This document shows positions 12,471-24,315 of a DNA stretch of 64,000 nucleotides, one piece after another. Origin of the DNA: Tubiluchus corallicola (Eukaryota; Animalia; Priapulida). Each line of letters begins with the position of its first letter. Position 1 is the stretch's first letter. The notes beneath the pieces were generated by a model. That model was not told the origin of the DNA and searched no databases. It saw only the letters and a program-made list of their open reading frames with translations. The stretch covers positions 93,860-157,859 of the forward strand of contig JAQGDQ010000458.1 of NCBI GenBank assembly GCA_030141605.1, read 5' to 3'. Made by a program: the position numbers and the translations under genes.

Positions 12471-15400
12471 AAGAGAAGGAGAAAGAGAGAAAGAGAGAGA
12501 GAAAGAGAGAAGGGAAAGAGATTGAAGGACAGAAAGAAATATATATAGAGAGAGAAAGAGTGTGTGAGAGATTTGATTTGATTTAACGCTTTATTTCGAA
12601 TCAAAATTCATATTACAAGCAAAAAAATACATGCACCACAATTACGCGATATCTACAACATTACATACTACATATACAAAAGATAAAGATAAATTATCCA
12701 GTGATGCTTAGTATCAAAAAGTGCCTAACTATAATTACTATATAACAAGATCCTCCACTGTCTTCTAATGTCAGGAGAGAGAAAGTGTGTTCTTGTGTGT
12801 GTGCGTGCGTGCTGTGTGTGTGCGTGCGTGCGTGCGTGAGAGAAGGGCAGATTGAAAGTGAGGGTACTGGAAATCTTGCATTGGCTGCCTTCGCTTATTG
12901 TTGGCTTTGAGCACCTTGAGGTGATTTTTTGGCCTATTCACGTGATCAATTTGATCTGGGTCAGAGGCCTACTGTGACGTGAAGACGTGTCATGTTAAGT
13001 TATAAGATATTGTCGTTATCTGTTTACAATTGCTCATGATTTATATGCATGTATATTCTCTAATTATTTTAATAAACTTAAATTTAGTGTAAAAAAACAA
13101 CTAGGTATTAGTTAATATAACAAGGCAGTAAATAACTCTTAATTATGTAAAATTGACTTTTGGCTATTATTATTTTTTGTTATTTTTGGCACTAATTTCT
13201 TATGATTAGATGTAATGTTATGTTTTGGCAAATAAAGAGCAAAGAAAGAGCAAAAGTTAATCGAGCTTCGAATTTGGTTTTTGAAAGCCCAAACAGTGAG
13301 AGAGAGAGTGTGTGTGTGAGAGAGATGGAGAGAGAGAGATAGACTGGGACAGAGAGAGAGGAGAGAGGGAGAGAGACTGAGAGAGAAAGAGAGAGAGAGT
13401 GTGTGTGTGTGAGGGAGAGAGAGAAAGAGAGAGAGAAGGGGAGATTGAAAGTGAGAGAGAAGGAGAGCTTGAAAGTGAGAGAGGAGAGAGAGAGACAGAG
13501 AGTGAGAGAGAGACTGAGAGAGAGAGAGAAGGCAGATTGAAAGTGAGAGAGAGAGAGAGAGAGACCTTCGTTATTAAAAAAAAGTAAAATTTATTGTTAA
13601 TTAGCGATTATTGTTACTTTAGTAACACCATCAAAATTTTGAGCCATCCAAGATTAAAACACAAATTCAAGTGCTCACATGTGCACATGACAACTACTAA
13701 CTTGCTAGTCAAGAAAAAGAGGGTACTTGCTGATACAGTTCTTGAAGTAGGCAAAGTTGTAGCATCAGCAAACAGACTGTAAAATGTGATTTACGATCGC
13801 CTTACAAGGGATGTTAGTTGTGTCACACAAACCATCTTTGGTGTAACTACATTCAAATTCAAATTGTCATAGATACGAGTCAACTGAAGAAATATAATTT
13901 GTTAAAATTCTTGGAGTAACACATGTCTGAGCTAACACGCGGTATGCTAGTTAATGCTAATTCAAACATTGTCGTTGTAGCTAAAATTCTCTGTAAACAC
14001 AACTTATAAGCACTTTTATGAATAGGACTTGTATAAAAATTGCATATACACGTATATGTACAGGCATATATATTGTATATTGTATATATACGTGTATATA
14101 CATATATATGTATGTATGTATATATATATGTATGTATGTATGTAACTCTGATATAGTATGATGGATTAGCAATTCCACATTGTAATTAACTAATTAATCA
14201 TTGTAATTAAATAATTAGTCAGATTAATGTAATTCATACATATACATATATACATATTCATACATATAGTATGTCTCCTCGAGATAATTACATGATTTTG
14301 CTAATTGCTAACTAAAATTATATTAGTCAATAAATGCATTTCAATTCAATTCTGTCAGGAATGGCAGCAGTGTTGGAGAGGTACAACATAGTAATGAGAG
14401 GATCATTTTATCAGTAAAATTGACTGGACTCTCTGCTGTCGTTTAAACATTGCCGATTTTCCGATTTTTTTTTTGCACAAAACTTTTCCGCTGTTTTGGC
14501 TTTTTTTCAATGATCACAATTTGTTCTTTCAGTTGCAGTTGGAACCTGTCTCAAAGTTGAATGTGGAGTCTAAGTATCGTAGTCTTTGGCAAGCCGCCAA
14601 GTTGATACGAATAGAAGAGGGCGTTCCGGCGTTATGGAAGGGTCATATTCCCGGACAGGGCTGCTCTATAATTTACGGGATTTTCTTGGTAGGTTAGGTA
14701 GACGTGAAGTGTGTAAGGTTTTTCTTTGCTGAAATTTTTGCTTGCTGTCATAGAAACAAGATGGTGAAATGTTACGTCGGTGGTCATTTCTTTCATGTGT
14801 GAAAATGTAAAATTTATGATTGTGTAAACATTTGTTCAGAATAAAGAATGCTCTAAAATATTGAAAACTACGATAGCTTTTTTAAAATCAAAGCTTAGAT
14901 TAAATAATTATTACCTCGGATATTCAAATTTCGTTAAACTCTCATAGCTGCGCACGGCTCAGTGGATCTACTAAGAATGGCAACGGTGCCTTTTTGTCAC
15001 ATTCGCGTGGCCGACAAATAGAAGGCGGTACCGTGATAACCATGATCATGAACTGCTGTGTTAGTTTCTGACGTAGAGCCCATTTTCCATGACATCATAC
15101 GTTTAAACTGTACTGTAACACTTATGCAAACGTGCTTGACGCGCAAAGGAAGACGCCTGCCATTCCACAAACTTTGGTTAGTTTCTGACGTAAGCAATAA
15201 CTGTGTTCGGTTGCCGTTAATTAACTTTCTAAGCTAATTATTCAAATATAAGGAACAATTGTTAACTTTTATACGCAAGAAATTGTATATTTTGGACAGT
15301 AAATTAAAATGAGATTGAGTCTAAACAATCGTCCGGTCTTCCTTTAACTTGGACCTTTTGCTTACCAGACAGTCCAACTGGGCTGTTAGTGATTGGTCTT

Positions 15401-15598
15401 AAATGATTAACATCATGTTAAAATTATGTGCATGACTAGAGAAAGGGAAGAAAATGCCACTAGGTGCAGGAAATGATCTTAACTCTTGTCCATTTTTAAA
15501 TGGTAAATATTTTTAAGTCTAACGCATTTCTATTGAGGAAAGGTCAGTTCTGAATTATTTAGCTTAGCTGACCAAGAAAATTGAAGAAAATAGCCGCA

Positions 15599-15640
<42 letters not shown>

Positions 15641-18600
15641 GATAATTCTTTATTTTTAAAAACTGTGTACAGAATATATTCCCTCTATTTGTAGGGATAT
15701 GTTTAAAATTTTCTAAAAGCATTTACAAAGTATTAAACCTATTCACATTTATATATAATTTAGAATCCAACGCATGAGACACAATGAACGACAATGATCA
15801 TATACAATAAACATAGTTACAAATTATAATCCAACAGTACATACATACATAATAAAAGATAACGAACATATTTTAATACTTAACAAAAATTTACACACAT
15901 TATACACAATGAAAAATAGCGAGTACAATTATAATAAACATAATTACCAATTCTAATGTAAATTCACATAATCATAAATAACAACAAAACAGCATATGGA
16001 AAACACGACGAGAGTTGTAGAATTTCATCACCAACAGACTGTTTATATACGGGCGAAAGACGATAGGAATTCATCCGAGATAAGATTTGCAAAAGCATTT
16101 ATAGCATTATTATCCCGGCTTATACGTTACTTATAAGTTATACCGTATTGTTATTACTGTTGATGGTTTGCACAGCAACTTTGTCGAGTGATACGTATGT
16201 AATCGTCAACGCTACTTCGTTTTGTATTCAAGAGCTTTTCGTTCGAATTTCGACGAAGATTCGACACCAGGTGTACGTAATGCGTGATCCGTGATCCATA
16301 TTCACTTGACCGTGATCCGTATTCACTCGACCGTGATCCGTATTCACTCGACCGTGATCCATATTCACCCGACTGTGATCGCTATCATCTGAATACGCAT
16401 CACGCAGCAACACGCAGACGGGAAACCGCCGTTGCCTAGGTGATTATAACAAGCTTTTAAGTTTCTGTGACCATTTTCACTGTTTAGCTGTCTGAAAATT
16501 CTAATTAGGTGAGTTTTTGTCACTTTAGGACCTATAAATAATAATTTTTTTTCGTATTTGACTTTTTGAGGGGTGGAGAAGTTTGTAGTGCATCGAACTA
16601 CAGTTTTTTTCACTAAATGATGATACCTGTCATATTTGTTCTCTCCTCTGCAAAACGTTGTGCACCCAAAACCTGTGCTTTCTTTTAAATTTTTTCGTCT
16701 AATAGTGTGAAAAAGGCTTTTGTCAATATACGTGGCAACATAAACCAAACTCCTTTAGTGACACAAAACTTTATTATTGACTGTCTTTTCTGTACACTAC
16801 GTTGTGACTACTGATGCACTGTAGTCTAACTTGCTGTAAAGTTGTAATGTTGCTAAAGTTTATGAAGTTCATAAACAAACTCGTGAATCAGTTCACGACA
16901 AATAGTACAATAACAAGCTGATGCTGCAGCTGTAATTATCACGCTCGAAAGAGACATGGTTTCCAAAAATTGCTTGAAATTTTCACGTTTGGCATAGCTG
17001 GAATCGGTTCAGTGATTGAAACTTCCCGAAGTCGGTATTGAATTCACGAACAATTCTCTTCATGACAAATAGCGACAAAAACGGCTGAAAACGTGCCGCG
17101 AGGTTTGTCAATACGCGTAGCGTTTACAGACACATGGAAACGGTCAATACGCATCACGCATTACGGATCACAGGTCACGCATTACGGATCACAGGTCACA
17201 CATTACGGATCGCAGGTCACACATTACGGATCACAGGTCACGCATTACAGATCACAGGTCACGCATTACGGATCGCAGGTCATGCATTACGGATCGCAGG
17301 TCACACATTACGGACCACAGGTCACGCATTACGGATCACAGGTCACGCATTACAGATCACAGGTCACACATTACGGATCACAGGTCACACATTACAGATC
17401 ACAGGTCACGCATTACAGATCATAGGTCACACATTACGGATCATAGGTCACGCATTACGGATCATAGGTCACACATTACAGATCATAGGTCACACATTAC
17501 GGATCATAGGCCACACATTACGGATCATAGGTCACACATTACAGATCACAGGTCACACATTACGGACCACAGGTCACACATTACGGACCACAGGTCACGC
17601 ATTACGGATCACAGGTCACGCATTACAGATCACAGGTCACACATTACGGATCACAGGTCACACATTACAGATCACAGGTCACACATTACGGATCATAGGT
17701 CACACATTACGGATCATAGGTCACACATTACGGATCACAGGTCACACATTACGGATCACAGATCACGCATTACGTGCGCATGGAGTTGTAACATTAGTCA
17801 GAATTTTTTTTGTAAATTTTACAGTTCATAAATGGGACTTATTGTAGTTTTTATAATTCATTTTAGTTTGTGGCATTCGAAGGCATCACGACGAAGGTCT
17901 ACCAGTTACTGCCGCATAAACTTACGACCGACTGGCGCGAGGAGGCACATTTCTTCTGTGGCGGTCTCAGTGGCGCCATCGCCAGCATTGCGGCGCAACC
18001 TATGGACGTACTACGAACGCGCATGATTGCGCAGGGAGAACCAAAGGTCAGTAATAGTCCGGCGGCCAGTTATGTTCAAGTTTACAAAGACCATGATGTC
18101 AGAGCTCAGTGAATGTGTTGATCGTGTTTGTGGCAAGACGGGAATGTAGCTCATTTTCAAGGCAAATCCGCTAGGTTTGGCCACTGAAACTGCAACGGCA
18201 TCTTAGCCGTGCGAGAACGTAAACACTTTTTTCATTTATGAGTTAAATAGCTGGAATCAGTTGAGTGATTGAAACTGCCCGAAGTCAGTATTGAACTCAT
18301 GAACAATTCTGTGACCATGCTCAGTGAGTTTTTGTCTTGTTACTTACAATACCTTCAACCTAGCTTAACTTAAAGCACAAGTATTCACTCTTCGTAAATG
18401 AAACTTATAAAATTCTTCTTGAAATTTTATATCACTTGATGATGTTCGTCCTTCGAATCGAAGATGACCATAGTGACAGGGATAAAGGGTCAGTTTGGGG
18501 GGTTGTCATTCCTTTGATGAGCTCGAAGGTGACTGACTAGGCCAATTCTGGCCTGGAAACTTCTTTGGCATTTTTCACAGGTGAGGCTGGGTGTTTGGAC

Positions 18601-21600
18601 CTGTTGTTGGGCAGTGTCACATGCCTTGCGTCTCCTGCGCTTCTCCTCTGCCTCCTCAATTCTTTTCGCCTCTGCTGTCTTAGCCCCTGTGGTGATGGCA
18701 CTCCGCCATGCTGAGCGATCTTGTGCAAGGGTTTCCATTGAGCGGATATCCATGCTGAGCTCCTTGAGTGAGGCTTTCAGGCTGTCTTCGAAGCGTTTTT
18801 TTGGTCGTCCAACCTTTCTCTTTCCAGACACAAGTTCTCCATAGAGCATCTTCTTTGGTATGCGGTTGTCTGGCATGCGAATCACATGTCCTGCCCACCG
18901 AACTTGTGTTTTGAGGAGGAGTGTATGGATTTTATCACTTACGTGCTGTGTTATTGCGTAAATAGCAGTAATGCCGGACGAAAACTTGTCAATTTAAACT
19001 CCCGTGATGACAGTTAGGTGCAGCCATTTTAATATAACAAAACAAAACAAATTTAGACGTACAAAGTATGAAAAAATAATCAAAGCATACATATGCACGC
19101 TTCACTAGCTAAGCAAAGTTTAATTTTAAATTACTTTACATTATCAGTAAAATCAGTGATGCCTTTTGGTGCCCACTGGGATAGTGAAATAGTAGAGGTG
19201 TTTTACCAGGTGGCATGAACATTTTATATTGTAAATAATTTTCTTTTTTAGTTACATACCGTATATACTTATGTACAAGTCGAATTTTTGGGAGGCGATT
19301 TTAAGCTGAACTTTTTGGGGTCGATTTATACTTACGATATGTTTTTGGGAGATGTCGCTAAAGAGTCGTCTACAATATGAATATGTAAAGAAATAATCTT
19401 TCATTATACTCTGGTCTGAATGAACACTCATACTCTGATACTTCACATCAGAGAATGTTCGCATCTTGACATTACTTCACAAAATTAACAAATATTACTG
19501 TCATTTATTTTAATGTACGTGAAATTAAGTTAAAATTTATATATTACCGGTAAATAAACTAGCGACGGAGCACTCGACCAGAACGTGGAAATCGCCACTG
19601 TTGTGCAGGTGCTGCCGCCTGTCGGCTTCCGCGGGAAGTTTTACACTGGCCTTGTATATGCGTGTTTTATTGGCAAAATATCGATTAGCAGCATACACGC
19701 GTATATAAAACACTACTACGCAGAGGTATTAATTTTAGTAAATTATTTTTTCCTTCAAATGGGAAGGTGATGAGCCACATCATTTACTCTGGAAGATCTT
19801 AATATTTTAGGGTCGACTTGTACACAGGTAATATATAGAATGACGCAATTTTTGGTCTTAAAATGCACATCGACTTGTACATATGGTAAGTCTGTCAAAC
19901 AGGTAAATGTATAGCAAAGTAATATTACTTTACATGGAAAGTTTTTTTAGTCGACTTTAAAATTATCTTTGCTTGTTCTTTAACACCAATACGCTAGCGA
20001 AACCCACCGCTGTTGATTCTGGCCTTTCCTCTAACAACCTGGTGATTTTGAGCAGCTTGTCTTACTAATAAGCCTTTTCACAGTATCGCTGTGCGCACGC
20101 GCAGTTGCTGTAGGTCAAAGGATAAGTGTACCACAGCAATGCGTCTTAACTACAACCGTCACGTGTGTAAAGCAAAGCCGTGTGCCACATCAATTCAGTA
20201 ACTTACGTGTTACTTGGACTACATGAACATTACTTAATTATGCATTAGTCTGTGCGCAGAGTGATTTACTAACAAGATCTTGCTTGGGAACGAGAAAAAA
20301 TGAACTAGGTAAGGTTTTAGCTAGCTGTTAAAACTGTTACTATTACAACAGCATGGGCTGTGAGGCGTTGTCAAGTGTACGCAAATGCATTGTCTGGTAA
20401 ACTTAACCTTTGACCTTTTCACGATCATCATCAATTGCCCGGAACTGTGAAAAAGCTTCTGTCGATTAAGAATCTGTCGATGTTCCATGTTTGTTTCAGA
20501 TTTATAGCGGGGTGGTTGACGCCGTGATCACGATGGCCCGTACCGAAGGTCTCCCGGCGTTTTACAAGGGCATGGTGCCAACACTCATCCAGATTGCACC
20601 TTTTACCGGTTGTCAGTTTGCATTTTACTCCGGTTTCACTCGCTTATGGAACAATGTCTTTCATAATAGAAGTGATGAGAACTTTAACGAAAGCAGTAAG
20701 TAACAATTGTATTATATAAAAAATTCCTGTTAGATATTGAAAAAGTGCAGAATCTTAAGTAGGCCTTAAAGGTCGTAATCGTAAATAATCAGAAATTGTT
20801 TAAAAATACAGTGTTCCCTCGCTACTTCGCGGTTCGTTTATCGCGACTCGCTGTTTCGCTGGTTTTCAAAAATATTAATGTAAAATATTTATCGCGGTAT
20901 TTTCACTGTTTCGCGGGTTTTTGCAGTACTCAGTCTAAAGTATTTTTGCACATGCGTGGTACGTATTGTCAGTAATGTATAGATTTGATGAATTTTGCAT
21001 AAAATGGTTGAGGGTTATGTATAAGAGTGTGGGGAGGGTTTATAAAGACTTAAAATAATGTATAACTACTAAAATAAGTATAGCGTCCCTACTTTGCGGA
21101 AATTCACTTATCGCAGGTGAGCCTGGAATGGAACACCTGTGATAAGTGAGGTAACACTATAATACGTTGTTTAACACTGACCTAGTAGAACTCCATTAGG
21201 ATTGGAGTTACATGATCAAATTACCTACTTTTAGTAACAGTTCTAGCAGCCTTATTCTGTATCAATTTCTTTTGTAAACACTAGAATTATTGATACTGTT
21301 TTGTCAATATACATTTGTCTACATATAGTTACTCACTGTATGTACAGATTGGGATACTGATTGTGCATGACCTTTTCTTTTACGATCATTTGAGCATGAA
21401 ATTAAATTGCATGTTATATTATTTTCCCAAGTTCATTGAGTCATTAATTAACGTTGATTTGCATGATATCAACAGTTATATTTTCATATTATAGTAACAA
21501 TTTTGTTAGTTTCTGCTAATTTTATTTTCGTTTTCTTAGTTAAAAATTAGAAAATTTTATGTATAGAAAAACACAGGCAAATGAAATACATAATTTAATG

Positions 21601-23180
21601 AAATAATTTTTTTCTTTTTTAATATTACTATGGTACATATATTTTTCGGTTTATCTATATATATATATATGTGTGTGTGTGTCTGTGTCTGTGTGTGTGG
21701 TTATACTTCAGTTTATATACAATTAATATGTAATTACAGCACTACATAATACTAATTTAATACTCGGTTTGGGGTGGCTGATTCGATAACTAATGTTTTT
21801 TGCTACCCATTTATACCTATTTTTCTTTGTATTGTTATTGGGATGAAAAATAAATGATTTGTTGTAATGCGGAGTAAAGGGGTTAATACGTACTCACTGC
21901 TGCGTAGTTATACATACCAGTCTAAGCAGAAAACGTCGATCATACTCGCAAAATTACTAAACTTTCTTGTAGGCATTGCCGAGAGAATCTTCTGCGGTTC
22001 GACGGCCGGCATGGCGTCGAAACTTGCCGTTCAGCCGCTTGATTTCCTGAAGAAACGTTTACAGGTGGTCGGCTTCGAGGAAGCAAGAACTCCCTTTGGA
22101 CAGGTAGGTTAAAGAGAACACGTTTTAGAGTGATGCGCAAGCTGTCAGACATTGGAATTATGCATTTTGTTCAATGTTCAAACTGCATTGCATTCCTTTT
22201 GATGTTGTATTTTGATCTCATAAGTATTTTCAATACTAGTAAATTTGTTAGATGCTCGTTTCACCGATAAGACACTCAATTCATGATTTAACTGTAACGG
22301 TGCAAAATGTAACTGCAAAACTAGCTCAGTTTCAGCACTATGCTCACTTTGCGTAAGGATGTGAGTTCGATACCGCCAGCGGGTAGCACCGAAGATGTCA
22401 GCATTTTCTCTATCAATGTTAAATCCTCTCCTTTCCGTATTAACATGCCAAGCCCGTTAAACTACCAGAGCAAATGCAAGGCAACACTGTTGGCCATTTT
22501 TTTTCTAACCACTGGCATCGAGAAATATGGTGTGGGTGGAGACTGTGGCATCCCTTTTGGCAGTGATGAACTCACACCAAAAAGCCTGGCCTTTGCAAGG
22601 GCTCGCCCTGTTGATCCGCTATCACCCAATTCCACATTTCTTTATACTTCAGCACATCGAAATGCAGCATTCAAGAGCAGGGCATACTAGATGTTTGTGG
22701 CAATACCAGAACATAGTGCGTTATAATCAAAGATATTCCTCTAAGATGAACCCACCGCACCGACTGGGCTGTCAAAAAAACAGCCTACATTTATGCATTA
22801 TACCATGCAGTGTGAGCATCCAACCAACGTCGCCTGCACGCGGCCCAAATAAACCATCTACGCCTATCCACTCTGCCATGACACCTCCCGTAGCTGGGTT
22901 ATCTGCTGTAGAAAATCACCGCTTGATATAAAAAATATATGCACGCATTTTTCAATGCAAATTGTTTAAACTGCTGTTTTTCTCACAGGTGAATGAATAT
23001 ACTGGCATGTCTCAGTGTATAAAAAGTGTGCTGAGAACCGAAGGAATATCGGGTTTCTACAAAGGCACCGTGCCGAGCCTGCTAAAGGCATCCAGCGTGA
23101 CGTGCTGTAGCTTCCTCATTTATGAACAAATGTGCGACTTCCTGCGAATGTATCACAAGACCCACGATCACATGTCTTAG
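6965..23180 (+). CDS. SLC25A19: Mitochondrial thiamine pyrophosphate carrier, ~327 aa; join(6965-7093,14533-14688,17867-18046,20500-20695,21973-22103,22989-23180)
   Basis: Three carrier signature motifs (PLDVLKIRLQ, PMDVLRTRM, PLDFLKKRLQ); family-specific segments MVGFDP, LWKGHIPGQ, AQGEPK, GFEEARTPFGQV, FYKGTVPSLLKA; all GT-AG junctions in phase (0,0,0,1,0). Confidence 0.95.
7397..7771 (-). mobile_element. 5S rRNA-derived SINE (SINE3-type) with RTE-like 3' tail
   Basis: 5S head, ~255-nt body, GAAGGATG(CCAA)n tail; perfect 12-bp TSD TGAATCTAGACT at 7385-7396 and 7772-7783. Confidence 0.9.
7654..7771 (-). rRNA. 5S rRNA-like sequence (head of the SINE, probably not a ribosomal 5S gene)
   Basis: Reverse complement CTACGGCCATATCATGTTGAAAACACCGGTTCTCGTCTGATCACCGAAGTTAAGCAAC...TACTTGGATGGGTGACC...GTGCTGTAGGCTT matches the metazoan 5S consensus; no oligo-T terminator follows. 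Confidence 0.85.
8712..9040 (-). mobile_element. MITE copy (same family as 20070-20458, opposite orientation)
   Basis: Reverse-complement similarity over ~320 bp to 20070-20458. Confidence 0.75.
9914..12257 (+). CDS. Secreted PAN/apple-like + C-type lectin domain protein, ~230 aa; join(9914-10193,11845-12257); nested in SLC25A19 intron
   Basis: Exon 1: hydrophobic signal peptide plus CAHLC...CVGFN...CELS (PAN/apple pattern). Phase-1 intron G|gtaaat...ttgcag|TT. Exon 2: CPEEF..GCYFF..WSAARQTC..LVSIES..FWTSGSD..EGTWIW..WNPSQPDN..FICEK. AATAAA at 12303. Confidence 0.9.
10666..10948 (-). mobile_element. Interspersed repeat, likely LINE/SINE 3' end with (TTGA)n tail; second copy at 41658-41960
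   Basis: Near-identical ~290 bp starting AATCAATTTATTTCACTCCAGCAATACATATAC at both loci. Confidence 0.75.
11410..11808. repeat. (GAT/GAC)n trinucleotide tract in lectin intron
   Basis: Directly visible; source of the poly-His/Met/Ile ORFs. Confidence 0.95.
11845..12257 (+). CDS. C-type lectin domain exon (missing from ORF track)
   Basis: Open frame read by hand; long-form CTLD with QPD motif, stop TAG 12255-12257. Confidence 0.92.
13298..13564. repeat. (GA)n-rich microsatellite (similar tract at 12433-12570)
   Basis: Directly visible. Confidence 0.9.
14533..14688 (+). CDS. SLC25A19: SLC25A19 coding exon 2
   Basis: tttcag|LQLEPVSK...EEGVPALWKGHIPGQGCSIIYGIFL|gtaggt. Confidence 0.93.
14817..15343 (+). 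mobile_element. Non-autonomous TTAA-flanked DNA transposon (Kolobok-like); second copy 47409-47969
   Basis: ~520 bp shared between the loci; terminus ...ACAATCGTCCGGTCTTCCT-TTAA; left end truncated here. Confidence 0.75.
16266..17783. mobile_element. DNA transposon-like element with TIRs and 21-bp subterminal arrays
   Basis: Left CCAGGTGTACGTAATGCGTGATCCGTGATCC versus reverse complement of right end CCATGCGCACGTAATGCGTGATCTGTGATCC. Confidence 0.7.
17155..17775. repeat. 21-bp minisatellite, ~29 copies
   Basis: CAC(G/A)CATTAC(G/A)GATCA(C/T)AGGT units. Confidence 0.95.
17867..18046 (+). CDS. SLC25A19: SLC25A19 coding exon 3
   Basis: ttttag|FVAFE...PMDVLRTRMIAQGEPK|gtcagt. Confidence 0.93.
18438..18932 (-). 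mobile_element. 5'-truncated RTE-clade LINE
   Basis: RWAGHVIRMPDNRIPKKMLYGEL..GRPKKRFEDSLK..AQDRSAWR..CEKCQRSFQARIGLVSHLR; tail CTTCGATTCGAAGGACGAACATCATC; 8-bp TSD TATCACTT (18430-18437, 18933-18940). Confidence 0.93.
20070..20458 (+). mobile_element. MITE, ~390 bp
   Basis: TIR AAGCCTTTTCACAGT ... ACTGTGAAAAAGCTT; inverted copy at 8712-9040. Confidence 0.75.
20500..20695 (+). CDS. SLC25A19: SLC25A19 coding exon 4
   Basis: tttcag|IYSGVVDA...FYKGMVPTLIQIAPFTGCQFAFY...|gtaagt. Confidence 0.93.
20809..21159. mobile_element. Tc1/mariner-pogo (Tigger-like) MITE
   Basis: TA-CAGTGTTCCCTCGCT... with degenerate right end ...AGTGAGGTAACACTAT. Confidence 0.65.
21973..22103 (+). CDS. SLC25A19: SLC25A19 coding exon 5
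   Basis: ttgtag|..IAERIFCGS...PLDFLKKRLQVVGFEEARTPFGQ|gtaggt. Confidence 0.93.
22989..23180 (+). CDS. SLC25A19: SLC25A19 coding exon 6 (stop)
   Basis: tcacag|VNEYTGMSQC...FYKGTVPSLLKA...HDHMS*. Confidence 0.93.
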   Translation: MNEYTGMSQCIKSVLRTEGISGFYKGTVPSLLKASSVTCCSFLIYEQMCDFLRMYHKTHDHMS

Positions 23181-23984
23181 CATACTGACGCTGTTTAAGC
23201 GTTTACCGATATTACCGCATCGAGCGCTGCGCCCGAGTGCGGAGAGAGGGCCGGTGCCGTTGCGAGTATAGCAATCTCAGGCAAGTCAGTAAGTGGATCG
23301 GTGACTGTTGTGTGCAGATATCTACGGTATGACTACGGCGTGATTACAATGGATGGCATTTGGGGAGATGTAAGTTAGCGTGTAAGAGCAATGTGCCTTA
23401 TAAGCGGATGAAAGTCTTGGGAGATGTTCCAGTAACAGAATGAAGAACGGATTTGGTATGCCACGCCCTTGCTGACGATGTCTTTTGTTTTGTTTTTGTC
23501 TGTGATGATTGTGATAACTGATCAACTTTCGTCATTTTAGTTCATGTTGAAGAAAGCCAATTTACCAATATCTAGCAGCTGCTAACTAGCTCATTGAGGA
23601 TCTCATCTTGGCTGAAGAAGCCAAAAAATTAATTTCTGGTGCTCTAAACCGGCACAAATGGAGTAACTTCTCCATGGCTCCTGCAGTTAATAATGCACAA
23701 TGTCCATAACAATAGTTATTTATTCTGTAAACTACGTGTTGTGTGAACTGACCTTACCAACTGATGCTAGAATTATGCAGGGTAGTACATTTTTGTTATG
23801 CGGGGAGGGGTTGCACAAAAGCAGCGAGGAATAGTACCGATCAATTTAGTACATCAGAGCACTGTCCAAACGAATCTACCACACCATACCCTCAAAGTTT
23901 AGTGTGTAAGTCTCATAAGTCTCGCACAGCCTGCATTCTTGAGGAGAATTGACTCAAAGAACTCAAGATCGTCCAGCATGTCTT

Positions 23985-24315
23985 GCAGATAGTGTGCTTA
24001 TTTCGCAGACAGTACGCTTATTTCGCAGACAGTACGCTTATTTCGCAGACAGTACGCTTATTTCGCAGACAGTACGCTTATTTCGCAGACAGTACGCTTA
24101 TTTCGCAGACAGTACGCTTATTTCGCAGACAGTACGTTTATTTCGCAGACAGTATGCTTATTTCGCAGACAGTACGCTTGTTTCACAGACAGTACGCTGG
24201 TTTCACAAACAGTACGCTGGTTTCGCAGACAGTACGCTTGTTTCGCAGACAGTACGCTTATTTCAGAGACAGTACGCTTATTTCACAGACAGTACGCTTA
24301 TTTGACAGACAGTAC
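23985..24315. repeat. 20-bp minisatellite, ~16 copies
   Basis: TTTCGCAGACAGTACGCTTA units. Confidence 0.96.

Noticed and set aside
17093-17847. 237-aa and 110-aa repetitive ORFs
   Set aside because: Artefacts of a 21-bp minisatellite in an intron.
22340-22931. 116-aa and 134-aa ORFs in SLC25A19 intron 5
   Set aside because: No recognisable domain, and the carrier is complete without them.
23605-23655. Possible hammerhead ribozyme (CTGAAGA-AGCCA...TGGT)
   Set aside because: No GAAA core after stem II and no convincing stems I/III.
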